In this document: in pieces, positions 1 through 11,800 of the stretch
Layout of the letters: the number at the start of each line of letters is the position of its first letter
Numbering within the stretch: position 1 is the first letter of the stretch
Source of the DNA: Candidatus Micrarchaeota archaeon
Lineage (GTDB): Archaea; Micrarchaeota; Micrarchaeia; Anstonellales; Bilamarchaeaceae
Direction: 5' to 3'
Assembly (NCBI GenBank): GCA_018812625.1
Contig: JAHJDH010000012.1
Location: forward strand, 1 to 63,147
Length of the DNA stretch: 63,147 bases
Notes under the pieces: model-generated
What the model was told of the DNA's origin: nothing
Databases searched by the model: none
The model's input: only the letters and a program-made list of their open reading frames with translations
Program-made: the position numbers and the translations under genes

Positions 1-111
1 CAAGGCGCCTTTGACAACCTCTGGAAGGTTTGTTAAGACGAACACGGATTTATCCATGTTTGTTACAAATGGCTCTAATAATCTCCTCTCTTCTTCACTA
101 AACTCGTCCAT
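1..111 (-). CDS. thyX: FAD-dependent thymidylate synthase (long-form ThyX), N-terminal part only, runs off the window
   Basis: Manual translation [37 protein letters not shown] matches the N-terminus I recall for long two-domain ThyX. The catalytic motif is outside the window. Confidence 0.7.
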   Translation of the reverse strand, partial: MDEFSEEERRLLEPFVTNMDKSVFVLTNLPEVVKGAL

Positions 112-155
112 GGATTTTTCTTTCTCAAAAACCCTTTTTATTGTATTGTAAAAAA

Positions 156-1376
156 TTAGGATTTGCCTGGAAGCAAGGCACTGAGCACTCCAAGCATCTG
201 CGGTCTTGTTGCAACCACTTTTGCAACTACTCCTGCAAAGTTACCATCCATAACGTGCATAAGGTCAGTATCATTTATGCAATTGAATATGTGGTTAAAG
301 TCATCATCACTGATCTTTTCAGTAACTTTTCGAAGAAGAAGTCTCTTATCAACTGTTGAGCCAGGCTCAATTCTCCACTGCTTTTCATATTCAAAGAGAG
401 TTTCCTTGCTGTAATCTTTCTTTTCCTTTGCCTTAATTGCGACCTTTGCAGCCATGATCCCAGTTTGCATTGCAAGTCCTATTCCACCGCCGTGAATTGG
501 ATCAACTTGTTTTGCTGCAGTTCCAATAACCATACAATTATCCTTTACGAATTCGTTGATTGGAGCTCCGACTGAAATAACCCCGCCAAAATCAAGAAGG
601 CTGCTTGAATCTTTTAGCTGATCATGATCCTGAATAAATCTATCGAGGTACTCTTTTGGAGTTGCACCTTTCATTCCGCCTCTTTTTTCACCACTTTCAA
701 GCTGCCCGCCAATACCAATACCAACATTTGCCTTTCGGTGTGATTTTGGGAAAATCCAAACATAGCCTCGTGGGGCAATTGCATTTCCAAAGTACAATTC
801 AATCAAGTTCTCATGATCATATGGCTTCATTTCATACTGGTAGCATGTATCAACATCATAGAGCTGATGCACTGTTTTGAATCCCATATCTCTTGCCATA
901 AATGATTCCATACCCTCGGCAGAAACGATTAATGGAGCATGAACTTCATACGAATCTCTTCCGCCGTGGCTAAGCTTTACTCCGTTTGGTTTTCCATGCT
1001 CATCCCTGAGAACTTCAGTTGCTCTGGTGTATGTTTTTACCTTTGCTCCTTTATTGATTGCAAGCTCGCAAAGCCATTTGTCAAATATCTTTCTCTCAAG
1101 AACATACCCCTTGGTATCCTCAGTTTTCCAGACTATTGATTTTCCGTTTGGAGCAATCACTTTAGCCCCGTCAACTTGTGTGGAATAGCATTCTCGTGGA
1201 ATATCAAGCCCTTCTTTGATCAAATCTCCGACTCCAAGTCCTTCTCCGCATCTGACCGGCACTCCTATCTCTTTCCTCTTGTCAACTACAAGAACGTCCA
1301 GTCCAGCACCTGCTGCAATTCTGGCAAAACTGCTTCCTGCTGGTCCTCCTCCAATAACAATTACATCGTGATCCAT
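156..1376 (-). CDS. Geranylgeranyl reductase family (digeranylgeranylglycerophospholipid reductase)
   Basis: [11 protein letters not shown] Rossmann motif, [24 protein letters not shown]. Start moved to MDHDV (1376) because the longer ORF overlaps the ferredoxin. Confidence 0.9.
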   Translation of the reverse strand: MDHDVIVIGGGPAGSSFARIAAGAGLDVLVVDKRKEIGVPVRCGEGLGVGDLIKEGLDIPRECYSTQVDGAKVIAPNGKSIVWKTEDTKGYVLERKIFDKWLCELAINKGAKVKTYTRATEVLRDEHGKPNGVKLSHGGRDSYEVHAPLIVSAEGMESFMARDMGFKTVHQLYDVDTCYQYEMKPYDHENLIELYFGNAIAPRGYVWIFPKSHRKANVGIGIGGQLESGEKRGGMKGATPKEYLDRFIQDHDQLKDSSSLLDFGGVISVGAPINEFVKDNCMVIGTAAKQVDPIHGGGIGLAMQTGIMAAKVAIKAKEKKDYSKETLFEYEKQWRIEPGSTVDKRLLLRKVTEKISDDDFNHIFNCINDTDLMHVMDGNFAGVVAKVVATRPQMLGVLSALLPGKS

Positions 1377-1377
1377 G

Positions 1378-1587
1378 TTAATCATCCTTTGGCAGGTCTG
1401 CACAATTTTTGATGCCTTTATGTAGGCAAATAACATTTGCAGGACATACCCGTACACACAATCCACAGTCAATGCATTTCTCTGGATAATGCTGTATCCT
1501 AGTTCCAACTGCTTCAAGTGCATTCACTGGACATACTGATGAACATCCAACACAAAAGATACAGCCTTCATGCTTAATAGTAATCAT
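1378..1587 (-). CDS. 2x[4Fe-4S] ferredoxin
   Basis: CIFCVGCSSVCP and CIDCGLCVRVCP; directly upstream of GGR. Confidence 0.93.
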   Translation of the reverse strand: MITIKHEGCIFCVGCSSVCPVNALEAVGTRIQHYPEKCIDCGLCVRVCPANVICLHKGIKNCADLPKDD

Positions 1588-1619
1588 AGGACTTCATCTA
1601 TTAACAAAATAATTAAAAT

Positions 1620-2135
1620 CTAATCTTTGAGCATTTTGATGATTTCACTTGCAAAATTGCCTGCACTTTGTGGGCTATCGCCTGTAATTATCTTTCCGCT
1701 AACAATTACTGGTTTTGCCTTATAGAGCGCTCCTCCTGCTCGAAGTGCTTCTAATCCATTTTTACTTGGGTAAACTGTTGCTACTTTTTCAGACAAAATT
1801 CCTGCCTTGGCAAGTGTCATTGGTCCAAGACATATCGCTGCAATGATCTTTCCTGCTTTGTATGCATTTGCAATAAGTTCAACAACTTCCTTTGTTTCTG
1901 CCAGTTTTGGTGATCCCGGGCCTCCAATAACTACATAACAATCAAAGTACTCTGGATTTGCTTCAAAAAATGCCATATCTGGCAGAATGGTTCCTCCCAT
2001 TGATCCTGTTGCCTTTGATCTGCTTGAGCTTGCAACCTTAACAACATGTCCTTCTTTCTCCAGCATTTCCTTTGGAACTAACAGCTCTTCGTCTCTAAAG
2101 CCCTCCTGAGCGACTATCATAAGCACTTTTGACAT
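1620..2135 (-). CDS. DJ-1/PfpI family protein
   Basis: GFRDEE, VIGGPGS, AAICLGP nucleophile elbow. Confidence 0.9.
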   Translation of the reverse strand: MSKVLMIVAQEGFRDEELLVPKEMLEKEGHVVKVASSSRSKATGSMGGTILPDMAFFEANPEYFDCYVVIGGPGSPKLAETKEVVELIANAYKAGKIIAAICLGPMTLAKAGILSEKVATVYPSKNGLEALRAGGALYKAKPVIVSGKIITGDSPQSAGNFASEIIKMLKD

Positions 2136-2185
2136 AAATACATTTCGAATCCAACATTTATATTGATTTTCTCCATATCATTATC

Positions 2186-3025
2186 ATGAACCTAGTCAGT
2201 CCAAATTTCTCAGATTTAATGGAACCTAATATCGAGTTCAAAAACTTCCCAGATGGTGACAGCTATGTCAGAATTGAAAACCTATCCGGCTGCCAGGGCG
2301 AAGAAGTCAACCTGTTTCACAGATTATATCCAGATCAAAACAATAATATCTTTCACGCGATTCTCCTGCTTGATACTCTAAAGAGAGTAGGGGCAAGAAC
2401 AACCTTAGTTACTCCATATCTCCCATACTCCCGTCAGGACAAAACATTTAAGGAAGGAGAATCTCTCAGTGCCCAGGTTCTCTGTTCCATGTTAGCTCAT
2501 GCAGGTGCCCAAATGCTCATTACTCTTGACTGTCACTTTTTGAAAAAAGAGGGCGAGTTTGAATATGGAGGACTCAAAATCAAAAACATCAGCGCAAACA
2601 AATTGCTAATTGAACATGCAAAGAAAATTCTTGGAGAAGATGAACTTGAAATTATTTCTCCAGATCAGGGTGCAAACTATCTTGTAACTGAATTTGGAGG
2701 CAAGAGCATGACTAAAGTCCGCGGCGAATATCAAAAGGGAGATGAAGCCTACAGGACAATTGACAAAGTCGAGGGAAACTTTGATGTCGAAGGCAAAAAT
2801 GTTCTAATTATTGATGATATGATTTCAACTGGTGGAACAATGATCCGGGCAGTTGGCAATGTTAGAAATGGAAAGGCAAAAAAAGTTCTTTGTGCTGCAA
2901 CTCACGGATTCTTTCTCAAGGGATCTCTTGAGAAACTGCTGGATGTTTCTGATGGTGTTTTTACTACTAATTCAATTCCAAATGAAGCTGCCAAAGTGGA
3001 TGTAATGCAATTGCTCAAGTTGTAA
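2186..3025 (+). CDS. prs: Ribose-phosphate pyrophosphokinase
   Basis: FPDGDSYVRI, PYLPYSRQDK, VLIIDDMISTGGTM PRPP loop. Confidence 0.93.
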   Translation: MNLVSPNFSDLMEPNIEFKNFPDGDSYVRIENLSGCQGEEVNLFHRLYPDQNNNIFHAILLLDTLKRVGARTTLVTPYLPYSRQDKTFKEGESLSAQVLCSMLAHAGAQMLITLDCHFLKKEGEFEYGGLKIKNISANKLLIEHAKKILGEDELEIISPDQGANYLVTEFGGKSMTKVRGEYQKGDEAYRTIDKVEGNFDVEGKNVLIIDDMISTGGTMIRAVGNVRNGKAKKVLCAATHGFFLKGSLEKLLDVSDGVFTTNSIPNEAAKVDVMQLLKL

Positions 3026-3036
3026 CTGTAGAAGCA

Positions 3037-4329
3037 TCATTTGATTATTTTTTCATATTCAGCAACTAGTTTTTCTGCTTCTTCTATTGTTTTTGCCTCA
3101 GCAAAAATTCTGACATAGTCCTCAGTTCCAGAAGCCCGGACAATTACCCATGAATTTTCAAGATTAATACGAACTCCATCAACATCAAGATAATTGAGTT
3201 TGTTTGTTTTTGCATGCTCAAGAACCTTTGCAACTATCTGTTTTTTCTCTTCTGAATTTGCTGGAATTTTATGCTTTACATTATGATATTCTGGAACTTC
3301 TTCAAGCCATTTGCTGAGTTTTTTTTCAGAGAGTTTTTTTAGTAGAACTGCTCCGGTCATAAAGCCGTCTTTTGCAAGGCAAAGTTCTGGCCATATAACC
3401 CCGCCAACTTCTTCTCCTCCCATTACTGCTTCTTTTTTGACCATCTCTTCACAGAGGTATGGAGCGCCTATTGCAGTGTATCTGACATTTTCTGAAACAT
3501 CCTCAATTGCTTTGCTGGTTGCAACTGTAGTAACAACATCTCCCTTTTTTTCATTCCAAAGAATAGAAAGTGCAAATACTTTGTCCCCAATAACATATTC
3601 TCCAGTCTCATCAACAAAAATTACCCGGTCTCCATCAGCATCCCATGCAATTCCAGCATCTGCATTTGTTGATTTTACTGTTATTATCAATTCTTTGACA
3701 TTGTCTTTGGTTGGCTCAGATGGCCTTCCAGGAAACTTTCCATCGAGGTGTGAGTTTAGTGTAACAATTTCTGCTCCAAGTTCTTTGAAAAGTGCTGGTG
3801 CAATAACTGCTGCAGTTCCATTTCCGCAATCCAGTACAATCTTCTTTTTTTCAACTGCTCCAACTAGCTTTTTAATTGCATTAATGTGATCCTTTGTTGC
3901 ATTTTCATAGCGTGTTATTCTCCCAACCTTATCCCAAGGAGCAAGAACTCCTTCCATTAGTTTTTCAATTTTCTCTCCACGCTCTTTTGAAATGGCAATC
4001 CCATTTCCATCAACTACTTTTATTGCATTCCATTCTGGAGGATTATGGGATGCGGTAATAATTACGCATCCTTCTGCTTTGAGCTTTTTTATCATAAATT
4101 CGGCTGTTGGTGAGCTTACTATCCCAAGATCTATTACATCACATCCAACACTTGCAAGTCCTGAAACAACACTTGCCTTGAGAGTTCCTCCTGTTAATCT
4201 GCAATCCCGAGCAACAATTATTTTTCCTTTTAAGTATCGTCCTATTGCTTGTGCTAGTTTCATGGCAAGAGCAGGATCAAGTTCATTGAAAAGTCCCCTC
4301 ACGCCGTTTGTTCCGAAATATTTCGCCAT
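3037..4329 (-). CDS. glmM: Phosphohexomutase (phosphoglucosamine mutase / PMM-PGM)
   Basis: FGTNGVRG, ITASHNP phosphoserine loop, DADGDR metal loop, VRASGTE. Substrate specificity is not resolvable. Confidence 0.85.
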   Translation of the reverse strand: MAKYFGTNGVRGLFNELDPALAMKLAQAIGRYLKGKIIVARDCRLTGGTLKASVVSGLASVGCDVIDLGIVSSPTAEFMIKKLKAEGCVIITASHNPPEWNAIKVVDGNGIAISKERGEKIEKLMEGVLAPWDKVGRITRYENATKDHINAIKKLVGAVEKKKIVLDCGNGTAAVIAPALFKELGAEIVTLNSHLDGKFPGRPSEPTKDNVKELIITVKSTNADAGIAWDADGDRVIFVDETGEYVIGDKVFALSILWNEKKGDVVTTVATSKAIEDVSENVRYTAIGAPYLCEEMVKKEAVMGGEEVGGVIWPELCLAKDGFMTGAVLLKKLSEKKLSKWLEEVPEYHNVKHKIPANSEEKKQIVAKVLEHAKTNKLNYLDVDGVRINLENSWVIVRASGTEDYVRIFAEAKTIEEAEKLVAEYEKIIK

Positions 4330-4452
4330 ATACTAGATTTAGTTTCGAGGTTTAAAATGCTTCCGAAGTCGTTATTTTTGGTCTGTTATTTTTCCAATTG
4401 GAAAAAATGAAACTTTTTAACTCTTAACTCGAAGTCTTCATACGGTGATACT

Positions 4453-4758
4453 ATAGGAATCATATCTGAATTTAAGGATTTTTTGAAAGAATACAAAGTA
4501 GCTGGCCTTGCTGTTGCATTCATTATGGGTGTTGCAACAACCGCTCTTGTGAAGTCGCTTGTAGATAATATTATCATGCCATTTGTTGCTGTTCTTCTCC
4601 CCGATGGGTCATGGCAGGAAGCAACTGCTCAGATAGGGCCGGCAATAATTGGCTGGGGTCCGTTCCTCGCTGAACTTATAAATTTCTTGATAATAGCATT
4701 AGTTGTCTTCATGATTGCTAAACTTGTGCTCAAGGAACAGAAAGTCACAAAGAAATAG
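4453..4758 (+). CDS. mscL: Large-conductance mechanosensitive channel, probable ATA start
   Basis: EFKDFLKEYKVAGLAVAFIMG, LVDNIIMPF, FLAELINFLIIALVVF. GGTGA SD at 4444-4448 precedes the in-frame ATA at 4453; there is no in-frame ATG (TGA at 4408). Confidence 0.88.
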   Translation: MGIISEFKDFLKEYKVAGLAVAFIMGVATTALVKSLVDNIIMPFVAVLLPDGSWQEATAQIGPAIIGWGPFLAELINFLIIALVVFMIAKLVLKEQKVTKK

Positions 4759-4789
4759 CCTTTTCTTTTTTATCCTTTATTCTATAATC

Positions 4790-5308
4790 ATGGAAATTCA
4801 TATTCTTCGTCTTGGTCACAGGCTTCCTCGTGATGAGCGAATCTCAACACATGTTGCACTTGTTGCCCGTGCCTTTGGAGCTGGAAAAATTACATATTGC
4901 GGTCAGCATGATTCTGGTCTTGAGGACAGTATCTCTAGAATTTGCGCACGCTGGGGCGGAGACTTTGCAATTGAATATTCTTCTAGCTATAAGAAAGTTA
5001 TTTCTCAGTATAAAAAGCACGGTTATTCTCTGGTTCATCTTACAATGTATGGTCTTCCGGTTCAGGATGTCCTCTCAAAACTCAAGCTTGAAGAAAAAAT
5101 TCTTCTGATTGTTGGTTCTGAAGCGGTTCCCGGGGATGTTTACGAGTCATCGAATTACAATGTCTCTATCACTAATCAACCACATAGCGAGGTAGCTGCA
5201 CTTGCAATAACTCTTGATAGAATCTGCTCTGGAGCAGAACTTGAAGGCATTGATTTTGGCGGAAAGATTCGGATAAAGCCGTCAGCAAAAGGGAAAGAAT
5301 TTGTTTAG
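4790..5308 (+). CDS. trm56: tRNA (cytidine(56)-2'-O)-methyltransferase (SPOUT)
   Basis: LRLGHRLPRDERISTHVALVARAFGA, VHLTMYG, VGSEAVP, NQPHSEVAALA. Confidence 0.93.
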   Translation: MEIHILRLGHRLPRDERISTHVALVARAFGAGKITYCGQHDSGLEDSISRICARWGGDFAIEYSSSYKKVISQYKKHGYSLVHLTMYGLPVQDVLSKLKLEEKILLIVGSEAVPGDVYESSNYNVSITNQPHSEVAALAITLDRICSGAELEGIDFGGKIRIKPSAKGKEFV

Positions 5309-5401
5309 CACTTTCAAATTTTATTTTTATTGTATTTTTTCCAAAATTCCTCAAACAGAAAACTTTATATTTGATGCCTAATTGTATCTCTCGGGATTAA
5401 T

Positions 5402-5833
5402 ATGATGAAACTTATGGGTCTTGTTTTAACCGGAGCAGATGTGAAAAAGGCAACTAGCAGCATTCCAAAGAGTGTTAATGTTGATCTTGCAGTTACAAAA
5501 ATCACGAAAAAAGATGCAACAACAATTACTCTTGATTTTGCATATATTATTGATTATCTGCCAAAAATCGCAAGAGTAAGGTTGACTGGCCATGCATATT
5601 GTCAGGATAGTGCTCCTAACATCAGAAAAGCACTTTTAACCTATAAGAAAACCAAGAAACTTCCATTTGAAGTTTCAGGCGAAGTTTTGAATATGATCAA
5701 TGCCAATGCTGGAATGAATGCAATTTTCTTAATTAGGCCATTTAACTTGCTTCCACCATTTATGCCTCCTTTAATTACATCTGAGTCACTTGAGCCAAAA
5801 CGAGTTCAAATGAAATCAAAGAAGAAAAAATAA
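5402..5833 (+). CDS. Conserved hypothetical protein, probable SecB-like fold
   Basis: Four beta-strands then helices, ending FNLLPPFMPPL, like the SecB C-terminal motif. Recognised by pattern only. Confidence 0.45.
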   Translation: MMKLMGLVLTGADVKKATSSIPKSVNVDLAVTKITKKDATTITLDFAYIIDYLPKIARVRLTGHAYCQDSAPNIRKALLTYKKTKKLPFEVSGEVLNMINANAGMNAIFLIRPFNLLPPFMPPLITSESLEPKRVQMKSKKKK

Positions 5834-5873
5834 TTTTTTCTCACTATTTTTTTTAAAAAAATAAAAAAAAGAA
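5834..5873. terminator. Bidirectional T-rich terminator between convergent genes
   Basis: T-runs on the + strand followed by A-runs (T-runs on the - strand) in a 40-bp gap. Confidence 0.5.
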
Positions 5874-8800
5874 TCACCACATCACTCTAAAGTTACCCAT
5901 GATTCCCCATCCCATAGGAGCATTCATAATTCCAGTAACGCTTTCTTCTTGTCCTGCCCATGGACTGAGTTGTTCTGGGGATGTAACTGAACCTGGTGCT
6001 GTTGGCCAGCTTCCTGAGTATCCCATAATATGACCAGAGATTATCGTTCCTGGGTCACTGCTTCCTGGATCCTGCCTTTCATAGGTTACTCCAAGGCCTC
6101 CTCTTAGAACTGGATATGTTTCGTATTCTGCTGCTGGATGAAGGGACCCTTCAGGCTCTGGACTTGTGGATGCATCCTCAAGCATTCTCCTTCTCTCAGC
6201 TCCTCCTTCAAAGAAGAAATGGAGACTAAGAGATTCACCTGTAGTGATGTTTGTTCTTGCCCATGTGAGTCCAACTCCCGCAGTGGTTCTTTGAAGCTCA
6301 TTTAAGTCTGAACACTCCCCTCCGCTTAGCCTTGAACAAACCTGAGCCATTTCATCAGCATTTTCAAAGACATCATCACTTGCAAATACTACTTGTCTTG
6401 TTGTCTGGTTGAAGAACACGTATGAGTATAGCTGTTCGTTTACCCTTTCAGTATTAAGCAGTGTAAGGCGATGACTTAATCCAACCTGCCAATTGGTCCA
6501 TTGCTCGTTTCCATATGTTCTCTGACCATACAATACACCTGCAAGAAGATCCTGTCTGTGATCTTGCAATAACTGTGCAAGTGCACCTATTGTCCAATTG
6601 CCCCCTGGGCTATACTGCTCATGACCTGCTTCGGTAAGAGGTATTGTTAGTCCTCCCATGAGTCTAAATGCTGTCAGTGTTCGAAGTCTTCGATCTCCTG
6701 AGAATGTAAATTCGTAGTCTTCGCCTTCTGTTGAAATGTCCAGTCTGCTAACTCCATGTCCAATGTAGTTGCCAGATTCTTCCCATTCATCAAGGTCTTC
6801 CTGAGTTCCAATCATGATAGAACCTCTTGAATTTGGACCTGTTCCAATTCGGGTTACCATGATGAAATATCTATTTCTTCTCTCTGGACTGCCTCCTTCC
6901 ATTTCTGCATTGAGGTGGCTTCCATAGATAACATCATATCGCTCTGCCTGCTGTCTTCCATGCGAGTTCAATGCTGCTGCAAGGCAAGGTCTTATGTTCT
7001 GCTCAATTATTCTTCGAACTTCGTCTCCAGTTAATTCTGCTCTTGCTGGCGGCTGTCTAATATTGACTTCAGATAAACTTGCTTCAACGCTTCCGCTTGT
7101 TCCTGCTCTTCGTACAAATTCAGTTTCTACTTCTTCAGGAGTTCTCAATACCCATCCAAGAGAATGAACATTATTTTCAATGAGCTGTACCAGTTCTTCT
7201 CCATATGCAGTAGCAATGCGTTCTCTGTTTGGATTAACTCTTCTAAGTTCTCTATATATGTCTACAATTGCTTCTGCAGTTTCGCTGCTTCTTCTTGAAG
7301 AAATTAACATTGCAAGGGGATCTTCATCCTCTTCAATCATTCTTGCAAGTTCAGTTCTCACTTGTGCAACAGGGCGAATCATCCACTCAAGACCATTTCC
7401 TCTTTGTGCATGAACAATATCTGCAAATCCTTCGCCATAAATTCTTTCCATTCTATCATGGCTGTATGCAACACTTCCAAGCCTGATATATGCATCACGA
7501 GCAGCGGCTGGATGATCTGAAGTTCTATGAAGCGTAACATTGCGCTCATATCTTGACAGTTCAATTGAAGGCCAATCAAGAACTCCAAAACCCATATATG
7601 CATCAAGATATGGATTTGCCCTCTCACTTCTTTGTACCTGGAATCCTCCTGTTGAATCAGCATCTTCTACAATCATTATTGATGAATGGGTGTACCCATG
7701 ACCAAGAAGGTCGATGTATGCACGAGCCGGCCTTCCAAATATAAACATTCCATAAAGATTTGCATATGCTGTTTCATCATCGGTCCACTGTCCTGTTGCA
7801 ATTGTGTAAATCCTTAATCGCTCTCCATCATATCCATAACCAAGTGCAAATCTCCAAATATCACTTGTAAAGTCATTTTGAAGACTTGTTGATAATCCTT
7901 GTAGAATCTGTTCTTCGTTTGTTGGATTTTGCTGAATGTCTAACATTGCCTGGTCTATCCTGTCATACAGTCTACTAAATCCAGGAACTCTTTGCACTCC
8001 AGCAAGAATTCCATGTCTCCTTGCCCAGTATGCCATAAGTAAACTTGCATAATGTTCATTCGGTGTTTCTGGCTGATCTTCTGCTGTTCCTTGCCAGCCC
8101 TCCATTCTTCCATACATGTATGTTCCAGCTACTAACCATCCAGTATCACGAGCCTCGTCCTCTCCCCAACCATACATGCTGACAAGAACATTTCTCATTG
8201 TTGCAAAAACTTCCTCTGATTCCTGATCTACTGCTCTGAATTCTCGCAGCAGATCTACTTCAGTATATCCACCAGTAAGTCCATGCCCATATGATCTGTG
8301 CGCGCCTGTCTGCCTTTCATATCTCCATCTGGCACCAGCTGTTAGTGGATATCCACCAACTGCACGGAATTCCATTGATGCTTGTCTTGGAGCAATTGCC
8401 ATTCTTCTCCACATGAATTCTCCAGAGCCCTCTGCCCAATGCGATCCATCTATACTTGTAGAATCCTCAGGATTCATTTCAAGAATCTGTGCTCCCCTAT
8501 AGAATCCTGCATAAATATCTCGAGCTCGTCCATCACTGAGAATGTGGGTTATTGCTTGTCCCATGGCCTCTTCAGCATGTTGTGGAGTCATAGTTCCCAT
8601 ATCCCGAACAACCTGTCCAAGTGCGAGAGTAGTTGAAGTATCTCCCCTAGTAGTTGGAATAGTAAAACCTACTGCAGCGCCATCAAAACCAGCAAGAGCA
8701 GATTCTCCGTTAATCTCATTCCAAACTCCCTGCTCGCGCGCAAGTCTCTCAATTTCTGCTTCGCCGGTTTGAGCTTGCTGCTCTGCATTTAGCCCAAGAT

Positions 8801-11800
8801 GTCTTTCTATTAATCTAGTTCTCTCTGCACCTGAAAGTGCTGGTGCAACTGCACTATTTCTTCCTGCAAATCTAAGGCCTGCCAGAATATTTCTGGTATC
8901 TGTACTTCCATATAAGTAATTGAGTATCTGTGCGTGCGTATCAATTCCATATGCAAGATCATATGCATTTCCAGTTGATCCATCAATGTAGAACAGCCTT
9001 GTTCTAAGCTGGCTTCTCTCATCCTGCAATAACTCACCAACTGTGCCTGCAGGAGCACCTTCTGGAACTGGCGCGCGAAGCTCTGGCGCATGTTCTCCGC
9101 CGACTATAACAAGCATATCTCCTCCAGAGTCTCTTGCAATTCTGGAATATGTTTCAAGAAGTCCAGTGTATCTTTCTCTACTTTGTACCTCTCCAGTTTC
9201 TTCAGTTGTTTGGTTAGCTCCTTCATAGTTGAATCGTATATTTCCTCGCTGCAATCCAACTCCCTGTCCAAATGCAACTGGAATAACTCCAGCAACTCCA
9301 ACTGGAAGTCCTGCTGCCTGAGCTTCAATATCAACATCAGTTTCAGCTGTTTCACTATCTCCTGAATCCTCTGATTCTACTGCTGTTCTTCTATGAGTTA
9401 CAACCCCCCGGCCTCGAACTCCTCCGGTAATTGTTCTTCCCTGTCCAACTCCTCCAACTGCTACTGCGTCTGTTGAAGTTGTATCTGAGTCTGTTGCAGT
9501 TGGGATGGTTCCCTCATGACCGTAATAGCCACCAACTTCCCAATCATGACGAAGCCAATAGCTACTATAGTCTATTGGCATCTCACCAAATAATCTTGTT
9601 ATTTCTCTTATAATAGTTGACGCGCCAAGGGCTCCGATTCTATATCTTTGCGGAATTCCGTGTATCATATGTCTTCCAAGTGTTGGGTGCAGCATGTCAT
9701 ACCTTCTTGAGAAATATTCAGTTGCACCAGAATCAAGTCCAAATCTGCTTGGAGGCTCAATCAAACTTCTTGGCATTGTTGGAGATGGGATTAAATTCCA
9801 AGGTTGTGCTGCTTGTCCATAAAGTTGTGGAAGTGGTTCCATTCCTTCCATTTGCAGGAAGTGGGGCCTGTACCTATATCCTTGAGGATTCCATGGGCTT
9901 TCCATAAGTTGCCTTTCCGGAACTCTTCTAAGTTCATCCTCCATTCTATTGTGATCATATGTTGCAGTAACTCCTGGAAGTCTCTGTCCAATTCTGGCAA
10001 ACACTTCAAGGAAGTATTCTCTGTTTCTATGTGTGCTGTAAGAAAGAGTAGCTCCTGCTGTTGAGTACATCCTGCTGAATATTGTATTGAACGCTTCAAT
10101 TCCGGCAACAAGTGTTCTTTCATCCTGTGCAACGCTGATTATTGCTGGAAGAACCTGCAGAATGAATGGACCAACTAAGTATGGATCTCTTTGACTAATC
10201 AATAATAGAGAATTCATTGTTGCCCGCGCGGCACTTGTTCCAAATTCTGAGCCCAGGCTTCCAATTCTGCCAAGTCCAACTCCAAGATAAAGTGCATCAA
10301 TAATTGAGAGCTGGTTTCTAAGATTTGTTGCTTCTCCTTCAGTAAACCCTCGTGCATCTTCTGCATCAGCAGCTATTCCGCTCTCACGTCTTCCCTGGAG
10401 ATATGTGCTCTCAAGCTGCCCGTAGAATGTTCTTCCTGCAGTAATCAAATCTCTTCCTGATTCACTGCCAAGGAAACGTGCAAGGTCTTCTGGAGTTTGA
10501 AGTCCGCTTTCTGCAGTTCCTGGCGGAAGACTGATACTGTATCTTCTTGCAAGTGTTTGCAGTTGTGAATTTAGAAGGTCCAGATTAATGAAATTTCTAA
10601 ACAGATAATCGTTTGATCCAAACTGGTCTCTGTAATGGTTAATTGCAAGAGTTAAGTTCGCACCAAGATCATCACTGGTTGCAGTTGCAAAAACAAGAAC
10701 TCCTTTGAGTCTGGAATAAACTCCTGGAAGAACATCTGCAACGTGCCTGAAGTTTTGCATAAATTCTCCACGTGCAACTCCATCTCCTGCTTCAAAGCTT
10801 CTTTGTAGCTGCTCTAATGCAGCCGCATCAACTTGTCTTAGGTGCTCAAGATCACTAGTGCTCAGGTTTTCAAGGAACCTAAGTTGCGCTCTGTTTCTCT
10901 CAACCATTTGCACAAATGCTGCTCCATATATTTGTCTCAGTCCTGCAATTCTTGCAGTTCTTGCTTCTGATGCCGGAGTGTTCAAAGCTCCATAAACAGA
11001 ACCAAGTGCATAAAGCAGTTGTTCGTCTTGGTGTCTGTATGCTCTGTGAAGCGCAGTAACTACTCTGGTATATGCTTGTGGATATGCGCGGTATAATGAT
11101 TGTCTTACTGATTCTGGAAGTGCAGTTACTTCTTCAAGTCCTGCTCTTGCCTCTGCAAGCGGAGCTAAATGTTCTCTTTGTCTTTCCACTGCACTGACAA
11201 ATCTATCGCCATAAAGCTCTACCATTCTCTCTCTCGTCTCAGTTCCATCAGGACGAGCTATTGCACGATAAACTCTGATAGTTATATTTGCAAACAATAC
11301 GTTTTGGCCCATTCTCAAATTTTGTTCGCTGATGCCAGTTAAATTTTCAAGGAACCCAAGAACTGGTCTGTGATCATTTATCAATCTGACAAATTCAGTT
11401 CCATGTCTTCTTTGCACATCAGCTACATTCCCGCTTCCTCTTGAAATTGCATTGTATGCAGTTCCAAGGTCTCTGCTAAATCCACGGTCTCCCATGCTGG
11501 AAATAAATGCTCTAAGCTCTGGATCAGCTCTGCCAAGTACAGCAAAAATAATATCTCCGATTACTGCTTGTTTGTCTGGATTTGTAACTCCACTATACCA
11601 GGCCATTCCACTTCGAAGCGATCCAACATCGCTTGAGCTTGCAATTGTTTCTGAAAATCCATCAATACTGCCTGCAGTTCTTGAAAGGTCTCCTCCAGTT
11701 TCTGCAAGATGAATCATTGAAAATGCAAGTTCAACTGATCTTCTAAGTTCAGTTCCACTAATCATGCTTTCTTGCAGTGCTCGCTGTTCTTGAAGAAGAG

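Noticed and set aside
156-1523. ORF-track N-terminal extensions (GGR to 1523, fibrillarin from 36485, PDCD5 to 36224, trm56 from 4715)
   Set aside because: They overlap neighbouring genes or promoters; downstream starts match family N-termini and SD or leaderless context.
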